Of a stretch of DNA of 64,000 nucleotides, positions 11,901 to 23,900 are shown in pieces. Where the stretch lies: contig OZ037765.1 in assembly GCA_964035545.1 (NCBI GenBank), positions 30,441,504 to 30,505,503 on the forward strand, written 5' to 3'. The DNA comes from Bugula neritina (lineage: Eukaryota; Animalia; Bryozoa). Numbering within the stretch: the first letter of the stretch is position 1; each line of letters starts with the position of its first letter. The position numbers were made by a program, and so were the translations under genes. Below the pieces are notes generated by a model that saw nothing but the letters and a program-made list of their open reading frames with translations, did no database searches and was not told the DNA's origin.

Positions 11901-14900
11901 CAGTACAGCCTCATGTACTCGAAGTCCAGTGCGATGCCGTTGGGCCAGACCAGACTCTCGTCTATTATAACTTCTCTCATGGAACCATCCATAGCAGCTT
12001 TCTCAATCTTAGCTGGGGTCCCCCAGTCAGTCCAGTATATTAAACTATAATATATACAGTTAGTATGCACTGTACTGGTGCTAAGGACCACATGCTAACT
12101 TGCTAGAATGTTAAATAAAAGTTACAAAAGTTTATAGTCGCCAATCCTTGTGAGAAACACCTGATGGGAAAGGGCTTTTGTTAAAGCAGGCTAAGGACAT
12201 GTTCATATGTGACACAGGAGCAATTATGACTGAATGCTCTTAACATCACCAAAAACTTTTGGCATGGGGTTCGAACCCATGACTTCGTGCTTACTAGGCA
12301 AACGCTCTAACTCCTAGACCACAGCTGTTCCCTTGCTAGAACTTTAAACAGTGAACTATTTATGGGAAAAGTAACCATCAACAAAAACAAGGAGCAGAAG
12401 TGAACATTTAAACCTGAAACAAAAAATATATTAAAAGAGAATAGTTAAAAAAACGAGTTACCAATGTTGTTGAAACTATTGATTGCTTTTGGCCTGTACT
12501 ACAAAATTAACTTGCTCATCAATTTTCTAATCAAATGAAAAGTCAATACACAAATACTGGAGCCAAAAGAATCGACCAATAAAAACGACTTTCACAAAAT
12601 AGCAGGAGACAAATCGACAAGTTGTGCTCATGTTTCAATTTTCAAATGAGAGAAGCAAAGGGGGGATCTGGTACAGTGTACAGACAGTCATCAGTGTCAA
12701 AGGGTGACAGCATGAATTATGTTCCATAGAAATGACATAATTTATTAGGCATTACAATCATGTTATATCAGAGAGACAGTTCAACTATGGCATGGAAATA
12801 ATGTGATCTAGACAGCCAGGCTAATGAAGCAGATATAAATCTGGCTGACATAATACAATTGACAATTGCAGTTTAATCACAGGACTAAAGAAATGACACA
12901 TGCTTTAGCTGATTACCAAGATAAAAATATACAAAACAAACAGTTATAGCTGTGCCATATAAAGGTGTCAAACATAACTTGCATCCTTATCATTGTCTCT
13001 CACATAACTGCATACAATTAACTAAAACAGCACTAAAACCTCCCTAGCGGTGAAATAAATTCCTTTCCCAAATACTCCTCTGTTATTATCAATAGAAGAA
13101 AGTAACCATATTTTTAAATAAAGCATAGTAAACAAATATTTGTTCCAAATATCAAGTAAATTACAGGCAGCCTATTAGAAATTTTTTGTTTAAAAATATT
13201 TATAAAATCGCATATAATGACATCACATTACAGTATGTCACCAAACCAAAAGCACAAAATATTTGAGTTTGTAATTATGACATCTAATCCTTTGAACATT
13301 TATTCATTTTAAATACTGTAACTATTGCAACATAATTAATTAAATAGAGGCTGGACTGGAAGGATGAATGACTATGAAGAGTAAAAGTAGTTTGGATACC
13401 AACTTAATTGGATTATCTGATTACCAAGACAGGTACTAAATGTGTCTATATCTTGTCTTAGTGTATAATTATACACTAATGGAAATATATTACAGTGAAG
13501 AAGCCATTTCCCTTCTTTTGCCACACAATAAAGCCTGCCATAGTTGACTTGGATGAATTTCCTCACATGTTTATACAGAAAAGGACAGGAAATCAGCATG
13601 TAAACACACGGGAGACGCTAATCTTGAGTCAGACAGAGTTATCTGCCCCTAAAATTAGTCCCACGGCAGTGCTTGATGCATGCCGAAGAAGAGTGGAGAA
13701 AGTGATGATTTATCACCCGTTGGTTGGGCCAAATCTGCTTGATTCAACATCATAACAATATTAGGTTATTTTAATTGTCATCCTTTGATAGCTTTCAAGT
13801 TCTAGCCAAAATTCAAAGTTTTGAATAATTTGAAGTCTGATATTGTGATAAATGGAAGGTCACGGAATCCATGATTTCGGCAAATGATACAAGCGACACC
13901 ACAGCTAAACTAGTTGTTGCAACGCATGTTGCTACCACAACAGCTACAACAATTCACATGTATAACTACAGTCACAGCTGTAAGGCAGACTTACCCATTA
14001 ACAGGATCAACAACAATAGCCCTAGGTTCATCAAGCTCATCAGAGATTATCACTCTACGGGAGGATCCGTCGAGCCGAGCAACTTCAATCCGGTTTGTCC
14101 CCGTATCTGTCCAGAATATATTCCTGGATATCCAGTCTATAGCCACACCGTCGGGATTCATCACCTCCACACTCACGATTGTACTCTGATCTGTAAACCT
14201 CACCAACTTATACACCAATCCATATACTTTGATACAAACAAGTCCATAGTTCAAAACACAACTTAAACTATTTTTAATTAAATACAACTATTTCAAACAA
14301 AAGTAACGGTTTAATAATTTTATTATCAGAAAGCAGGCAGTAAATGTGCTGTCCCCCAAGAGTCACCAACTCAAGTTTAAAGTCTAGCCTACAAAGTCAT
14401 TTATTCTAACATTTACAACAAAGTTAAAACAAGAAACTTTAACTTTAAATCGAAAAAAGAAGTTTTAATAAATGTGTAGTTACCAGTGCCATCCAATTTA
14501 GCTTTCTGTATCAATCGAATTTCGTCATCCGTCCAGTACACGTAACGCTCCACTGGGTCAAAGTCAATAGCGATAGCGTGCGCCACCTCCCCCACAGCTA
14601 TGATGGTGTCGGTGAAGTCAGGGGTGTCCAGAGAGATCATCCTCAGATCAAATCTCCGAGATAGGAAGATCATTTCATCAACTGAGTGAGAAGGAACACA
14701 TCATTACAATCAGAAACAGAGCAACATGTTGATTATAATAAGAATAGTCTTACAGCCTGTTGATTTTGATTATTGGCTCAAGGAAAACAAATTAAGGGGG
14801 AAAATGTAGTAATGCAATATTAAAATTTCAAATCTTGATAACTATCCAGGAAGTTTCAATTTATCAAATTTTGTAACAGCAAAACAAGTTTATAAAAATT

Positions 14901-17900
14901 TCAAACTCAGAAATGGTCAAAACATTGAATAGAAATAACAGCTTTAAACACCAAGTTTCAATAAAATCTAAAAGCTGAACACAGCGTACCATCTGCACAG
15001 GTGTGGTTATCATCATTGAGGACAGTGCCAGTCGGACATGCACAGTTGAGACCACCGGCTGGGGCCAGCAGACACAGGTGGGAACAATTCCCGTTGTTGA
15101 CGGCGCAGGGGTTTGTTATCTCTTCTGAAAGTATCAAAACAAGCTATGTGTATAGATTTGAGGATATAACAGACCCTCCCTACTCCCTATAGTATAGGCT
15201 AGAGTTGAAGTCAGTGTAAGGCGCTGATAGAAAGTAGAGATGTGCAGAAACAAGTGCATGCAAACTTAGTTTGTGATGCGATATGTGGGAATATATACTC
15301 TTAGGCCATGGAGGGTGATCAAATTCTTCTGCTGAAAGAGGTTGCAGTAACATTGAAAAGGTGTGAATAGCTTGTAGTTATTCAAGTGAATATTCCCCCA
15401 AATGCTGCACTCAGATGTTCAGATACAAGAGGGTTTTTAACAGTAAAAGAGGTTCGGTAACTGATAAAGTACTTCGATTACAGTACACCTGGTATTAAAG
15501 GGCCGGCCTCTGATTATTACCAATTTTTCAGGTTCAATAACCAAATCTTGAGCTTTGTCTGAAAATCTGACAGTAGGAACTGCTGCAATGAGCATTCTTT
15601 GCAGCAGCCTGAAGTATTGACCAGGGAGGGAAAGGGTAGTGAAGAGGAATATCCAAGTACAAGTGTATTCCGTGTATATGTAGTTGTAATCAAGTGTCAT
15701 TATTAACTAATCAATGCCGGATTACTCCTTTGAACTATACAGTTAATCCACAACACTAGAGAATACCATCTAACATAGAAGAAGGTGATGATTATTGTAT
15801 AAGACACTCTGTTTACTTACCTTGCCTCTCTGAAGTAAACACCTCAATATCCATAGGAGCGTACAGGTTACCCTGCACCTTGGTGATAACATTACAGTCA
15901 CTTTTGTTGCAAGAAAAGATGCTTTTGTTTTTCCAATCAGTCCAGTACAGCCTGTCTCTGTATACGGTTATAGCGAAGGGATGGGCCAGCGAACCATTTA
16001 TAACAACACCTCTACAATATATCAATATATATGACTATGAGTGAAAATACCTATCTAAATGGAATGGAAGATGGATAGGAAAAATATGAAAATATAAGCA
16101 TTTTAATTACATTATTAAATGAATTAATAAACTATTGCATCATATGCAGTAATAGCTTTGTTTTTTATGCATTGGGATATTATTTCAATTATTTACAATA
16201 TTATTATTCATATTATTTATATAGTTATAGTAGTATTTTGGAATGTGCCAATTCTATGAAGGAGAGTTGAAGGTGAATATATTATACAGAGTATATATTA
16301 TACAGAGTATATATTATACAGAGTATATATTATACAGAGTATATATTATACAGAGTATATATTATACAGAGTATATATTATACAGAGTATATACTATGCA
16401 GAGTATATACTATGCAGAGTATATACTATGCAGAGTATATATTATAGAGAGTATATATTATACAGAGTATATATTATACAGAGTATATATTATACAGAGT
16501 ATATATTATACAGGGTATATATTATACAGAGGATATATTATACAGAGTATATACTATACAGAGTATATACTATACAGAGTATATATTATACAGAGTATAT
16601 ATTATACAGAGTATATATTATACGGAGTATATATTATACAGGGTATATATTATACAGGGTATATATTATACAGAGTATATATTATACAGAGTATATACTA
16701 TACAGAGTATATATTATACAGAGTATATATTATACAGAGTATATATTATACAGAGTATATATTATACAGAGTATATATTATACAGAGTATATATTATACA
16801 GAGCATATATTGATGCTCAGTAAACAGCCACCCAAGCAGCAGATAGTAATTGCTGCCAGCTACAGAGTGCATAATTAGCAGCAAATGAGACACCAGTGAG
16901 TGCAATAGAAGCACTAGATAAAGGAAATACTCTACAATCAATACGAGGTGATGAAAACACTTACACATAATGTAAGTGCTTTAAGTGAGTTTTAGGAGAT
17001 GAACAAAAGTAAGTAGACAGATTGTTTGGTAGGTATGAAGATGTGTAGGTGAAATATAAAGCATGAACGTATGCTTGGTGTTAGGTTGTGAGGCATGCAG
17101 GTGAACATGTGAGAGTAATACTAAGGTAGTGTGAGAGTAATACTAAGACAGTGAGAGAGTACTACTAAGACAGTGAGAGAGTAATACTAAGATAGTGAGA
17201 GAGTAATACTAAGATAGTGAGAGAGTAATACTAAGACAGTGAGAGAGTACTACTAAGATAGTGTGAGAGTAATACTAAGATAGTGTGAGAGTAATACTAA
17301 GATAGTGTGAGAGTAATACTAAGATAGTGAGAGAGTAATACTAAGACAGTGAGAGAGTAATACTAAGACAGTGAGAGAGTAATACTAAGATAGTGTGAGA
17401 GTAATACTAAGATAGTGAGAGAGTAATACTAAGATAGTGTGAGAGTAATACTAAGATAGTGAGAGAGTAATACTAAGATAGTGAGAGAGTAATACTAAGA
17501 TAGTGTGAGAGTAATACTAAGATAGTGTGAGAGTAATACTAAGATAGTGAGAGTAATACTAAGATAGTGAGAGAGTAATACTAAGATAGTGTGAGAGTAA
17601 TACTAAGATAGTGAGAGAGTAATACTAAGATAGTGAGAGAGTAATACTAAGATAGTGTGAGAGTAATACTAAGATAGTGAGAGGGTAATACTAAGATAGT
17701 GAGAGAGTAATACTAAGATAGTGAGAGAGTAATACTAAGATAGTGTGAGAGTAATACTAAGATAGTGAGAGAGTACTACTAAGATAGTGAGAGAGTAATA
17801 CTAAGATAGTGTGAGAGTAATACTAAGACAGTGAGAGAGTAATACTAAGACAGTGAGAGAGTAATACTAAGACATGCTATGATCTACAACATCCTACCTA

Positions 17901-20900
17901 TTCGTCCCATCGATGTCTGCAGTGTGAATATAGCTCAACGAGGCATCCACCCAGTAGAGTTTCCTCTCGAAGTAGTCAATGGTGAGACCGTTAGGCCAAC
18001 TGATCTCTTCAGATATGACGGTGGTTCTGGTAGACAGATCTCCATTCATACCGGCTCTCTCTATCTTAGCCTCCTCGCCCCAGTCTGTCCAGTACATATA
18101 CCTACAACATACGTTACATGTACCTACAGCATACAATATATGTACCTACAGCATACAATATATGTACCTACACCATACAATATATGTACCTACAGCATAC
18201 AATACATGTACCTACAGCATACAGTACATGTACCTACAGCATACAATATATGTACCTACAGCATACAATATATGTACCTACAGCATACAGTACATATACC
18301 TACAGCATACAATACATATATCTACACCATACAATATATGTACCTACACCATACAATATATGTACCTACACCAGGGTTGGGGTAATTGTAATTTGTAATT
18401 GTAATTGGTTGTAATTAATTACATTTTTTCAAGTAATTGAATGTAATTTGTAATTGATGTATAAAAATGTAATTGTAATTGTAATTGTAATTAATTACAT
18501 TGCTAATGTAATTGATTTTTACAATTACTTTATAATTACATATCAATTACTTCGTATTATTTTTAACTCCTAAATTTGGTTTATACCTTTTTACCATAGC
18601 TACTGTTTAATAAGAAGTTCAAACTAATTCAAAATAGTATTGCATCACTCTACTACTCACTCCTAAGATTTCTCAGTGCAGTTGGATCCAGAGAGTGAGA
18701 TTGCATAACTTATATTTGTCTTTTGTAAGATCAAAGGAGGTTATACACTAATTCACACCAACGTATAGATGGATTTTAGCGTTGGAAGAAGTTATGTAAA
18801 CATGTAAAGGCATGGCTAATTAATAGGTAGAGGGAGTCAATTCCATTTAAAGTTTTCACCAATGTGAAATAAGAATAAAGGATGTTAATAGGGCTGCTAA
18901 CACCTAGAAGGTAGCCAGTAAAAGAGATGTTGGAACAACATTACAAAATCTACTTATCTCCATTGAAATTATCACCTAATTAATGCAAGCTTTCAAGGCC
19001 CACCTGTAGCCTGCTATAAAATTGGCCATGAATAAAGAAGAAGTTCATTCTGCATTGAGAATTCTCTAAGCTAACACTGCAGCTCTAACAGTATGACTCA
19101 AGTTTGGGACCACTTCATTTTACCTGAAGGTTATGACAAGAGCGAAAACAACTTTAAAGCCAAATGCAAACATTGCTCATCATCCATCTCAGGATCCAGA
19201 AAAGCAACATCTAACTTTGTGACACATTTAAAGGTAAAGTTTGACAATTTATACATTCTATTAATATCTTAGTTCTACACATAATGATACTATATTGTTT
19301 GACTGAGTTTATATGTTATTTAGTTTTATGAATATGATGACATAGCTTAGACATTAGATATATAAAACAGCTTGTCTAATAGACAAGCTATTTTATCTAT
19401 CTGTTCAAAACAAAGCAACATGAATACATATATCACTTAAATGTTTAACTCTTGCTGTCTGCACTGTGTTTTTACAGAGGAAGCACAAAGATGTCCATTT
19501 GTCTCATAAACCAGCCAACATAGCCTCCTGTCAGTCAACTTTAAACACATTTGTTGTACCAATTAAAAAGTACGGGCCCTGTGATTCACGACAGAAACAG
19601 ATCACAGATCTTTTGGTGAAGACGATTGCTGGTGACTTGCTTCCACTTTCTTTTGTGGAAAGTGAAAACTTCAGGAGCCTAATGCAAACGACAGAACCTC
19701 GTTACACTATGCCCAGCCGGAAGCACTTAACCACCACCCTTATTCCAAACAAGGTCAAGGAAGTAGACAGAATAATGCGGGCACAACTGAAAAATGCTTC
19801 TTCAGTGTGTATTACTGTGGATATGTGGTCCAATCGACAGATGAAGGGGTTCATTGGGATTACCGGTCATTACATCTTAAACTGGACCCTTCAATCTGTC
19901 ATGCTAGCCTGCTCTCGTTTTCAAGGCCGTCACACTGCAGACAAGATCTCTGATCAGGTAGATGAGACGCTAGCATACTTTGGAATTGATGACAAGGTTA
20001 CGAATATAACTACTGATAATGCAGCAAACATGACTAAGGCATTTGGCTTACCAGGGTTTGAGAGCATAAAGGATAATGAAGAGGATTCAGATGAAGATGA
20101 CAAAATGAATTATGAGGAAACAGGTGTGGAGCATGATCCATGCTTTGCACACACACTGCAGTTAGTGGTAAAGGATGGACTTAAGCAAGCTGGGTCATTA
20201 ACTAAAGTTCTTTCTAAAGCAGCTCACATTGTTAGTTTTATAAGGCGATCAACTTTAGCCACGGACATCCTTGAAGGTGAGCGGCGAGTCCAAGCTGCAA
20301 CCTGCACTAGATGGAATTCACAACTTTTGATGATTCGGTCTATCTTGCGATTGTCAGAAGAAAGAATTGCAGACCTTGGTTGCCCAAAACTATTAACAAA
20401 TGATCGTAAAACTCTAGAGGATGTGTGTGATATACTTGTGCCATTTGAAAAGGCCACACATGCAGTGCAGGGTGACCAGGGTGTCACAGCTAGTTTTGTA
20501 ATACCATGCATCCGTGGAACAAAACTTCAACTGGCGGAGATGGCACAGAAGTACAATTGCCGGTTTGTGTTGGCTCTGCAAACATCTTTTATGAAGCGCA
20601 TGGCTTTGTACGAGAATAAGGAAGTCTTTCTCCTGGCGACAGCCCTTGATCCTCGCTTTAAACTAAAGTGGTGCCAGGGGTCAGAGTTGGAGAAACTGAC
20701 AACTGATCTAGTGCACAAAGCTGAGCGAGTGGCCGCAGTTAAAGAACCTTCTATTGAAGAAACAGAGCCCCCTGCAAAGAAACCAAAACTGGATGGTGAT
20801 TTCTTTGACTTTTTCCTCGAGTCACAGCCGGTAGTCAATACTCCATCATCTAATGCAAAGCAAGAAGTAGAGGAGTATCTTGCTGCCCCCCTCCTGGAAA

Positions 20901-23900
20901 GAACCAAAGACCCGATGACTTTTTGGGGGGTGAATGATTCAAAATACCCTCATTTGGCTACTCTTGCTGCCAGGTACTTGGCAGTGCCAGCTTCCTCTGC
21001 CTCTGTAGAACGCTTGTTTAGTGTTGGAGGAAAAATTTTCAGGCCTGATAGATGTTGCCTATCAGATCATGTGTTTGAAAATCTTATGTTTTTAAAATGC
21101 AATGGACATTTGTAAATGGAGCAAATAAACTTTTGATTAATATCAAGTAAAATAGTTATTATTAATTTTTTGAATACAAATAATTGTTACTAATGGTGTG
21201 GCTAATAAAATTTAAAAAATGATGAAACTATGTTCCTATTCTTTCTGGTTTGGTGTCAAAGTAATTGTAATTGTAATTAATTACATTGCAATGTAATTGT
21301 AATTGTAATTAATTACATTACGTTTCAACTGTAATTGTAATTGTAATTGTAATTGATAAATTCTCATGTAATTGTAATTGTAATTAATTACATTCATTTG
21401 TAATTGACCCCAACCCTGACCTACACCATACAATATATGTACCTACAGCACACCATACAATATATGTACTTACAGCATACAATATATGTACCTACACCAT
21501 ACAATACATATACCTACACCATACAATATATGTACCTACACCACATCACACAGTAGGTGTACCTACACCACACATCACCCAGGCACATGGCTTTTTGTCA
21601 ACATAAAGTACTGGTCTATTATGTTAACTGATTTAGTGAATGTTTAGCACATGAGCCTAAGGAACTGTAAACCTACAGTCTATTTACCAAGAACAATGCC
21701 CACAGAAACTCCAAGATTGACACTAATTCATAATTTCACCCACTGAATGCCACATAATGAGTTTTATTTAAATAGTCTATGTCAAACAAAAATCTAATCA
21801 TAACCAAATTGTTGCAAAGAACTTAAACAAAACAAAATCAGTTTAAAGAAAATAATTACCCATGAATAATAGAGCCAGAAGAAAACAATCGCATGTCAAA
21901 ACTTGATAACATGGCAGGACAATAGACGATGTAAAGTTGGTACATTTAGTACCTTGTACCAACTCTAGAATACTCACCACTAAAACTTATATAAACTTCT
22001 GCAAGTTCAAATGCAAAATGCATACTTTTAGAAAATAGCTGTGCAACTTTTATTACATGCATTATTTTATTTCATATCTTAAATTTATGAACCATGAGTT
22101 CATTTTTCAAAATGTTTAAATTAAGTGCTCAAAAAATGCAATTAAAATTTTTATTCTTGCACAAATACCCTGGTGCAGTTTGACCACAACCCCAGCTGTT
22201 TTGGCAAACACATTTAATGGTTTTTTTATTGACATAGTGGTGAATGAGCTGGTTGTTTTTGGCAGTTGGGTAGACTTGAAGCTTGGCAGCTTTTAAACAA
22301 TTCTGATTGGCAGGATTTTACACGATAAGTTGATGTTTGTATCTGATTGGCCTAATAATGCATTTGCATTTGAAAATGTAGAGTTTTATTTAAGCTATAA
22401 TGGTGATATTTTAGAGTTGGCACACACCCCTTTTGGGTTGAGTTTTATAGTCTGTTCCTGCTGTAGTCATCTACAACAACAGTGTATAGGGAAATTATTA
22501 GTATTACGAAATCTGTTTTGGCTTACTTTGCTATGCCAGTATTCTGACTTAGTTTGTAATCAACTATGTTGGCAGTTAAAACTGAGGGTGATTTCATCAA
22601 AGGTGGACATTGCTGAGGGTTTAGAACATCAAATCAACCAGTGCTGTTACTTGGTTTTATTGTAAAGCAGTAGTGAGAGCATAGCACACTATCACAGTCA
22701 CTGAGCTGCAATGACAGTATGTAAGGCACGTCAAAACACTAGCCTAGTCTCTGTTAGTATGTAGAGCAGTAGCACAGTTACAGCAGTCACACCACCCCTC
22801 TCTATCCTGTCTACCAAGCACAGAGGTTGCAATAATGATAATCATTTCATGATTTAGTTTTAAATCAATGCATACTACTAAATACATTCTCATAGTCTAA
22901 TGTAATAAATTATAAAAAAGTTGTTTAACATGCACATTACAAATGCATTAGCCTACGCTAACTATAAATTATTTGCTTGTGTATACCCGCACTATTATTT
23001 TATTTTAAATTTGTAAAACAGTAGCTTTTTACTCTGTCACATATTCATCTGCATTGGATTTAAATGCACAGCTATTAGCAATAGATAATGTAGAAATTTT
23101 GTATAAAAATGAGTATTAGCATGTAGTGCCTTGCATGTGGGTCTATATTGTTTTGACGTGCCTTACATAAGATAATATAATAGAACTGACGAGTTTGGTG
23201 TAGCCACTGTCATTGCAGCTCAGTGACTGTGATAGTGTGCTATGCTCTCACTACTGCTTTACAATAAAACCAAGTAACAGCACTGGTTGATTTGATGTTC
23301 TAAACCCTCAGCAATGTCCACCTTTGATGAAATCACCCTCAGTTTTAACTGCCAACATAGTTGATTACAAACTAAGTCAGAATACTGGCATAGCAAAGTA
23401 AGCCAAAACAGATTTCGTAATACTAATAATTTCCCTATACACTGTTGTTGTAGATGACTACAGCAGGAACAGACTATAAAACTCAACCCAAAAGGGGTGT
23501 GTGCCAACTCTAAAATATCACCATTATAGCTTAAATAAAACTCTACATTTTCAAATGCAAATGCATTATTAGGCCAATCAGATACAAACATCAACTTATC
23601 GTGTAAAATCCTGATAATCAGAATTGTTTAAAAGCTGCCAAGCTTCAAGTCTACCCAACTGCCAAAAACAACCAGCTCATTCACCACTATGTCATTAAAA
23701 AAACCATTAAATGTGTTTGCCAAAACAGCTGGGGTTGTGGTCAAACTGCACCAGGGTATTTGTGCAAGAATAAAAATTTTAATTGCATTTTTTGAACACT
23801 TAATTTAAACATTTTGAAAAATGAACTCATGGTTCATAAGTTTAAGATATGAAATAAAATAATGCATGTAATAAAAGTTGCACAGCTATTTTCTAAAAGT

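Noticed and set aside
17109-17873. CRISPR-like regular array
   Set aside because: Units are head-to-tail without unique spacers, there are no cas genes, and the context is eukaryotic.
16243-18414. Tyr/Ile-rich repetitive plus-strand ORFs
   Set aside because: Products of the 16-bp and 22-bp minisatellites; no independent evidence of coding.
20224-20907. Minus-strand ORFs inside the transposase
   Set aside because: Antisense shadows with no motifs.
22330-23594. Two identical 111-aa ORFs on opposite strands
   Set aside because: A consequence of the inverted repeat; TTG start and no recognisable motif.
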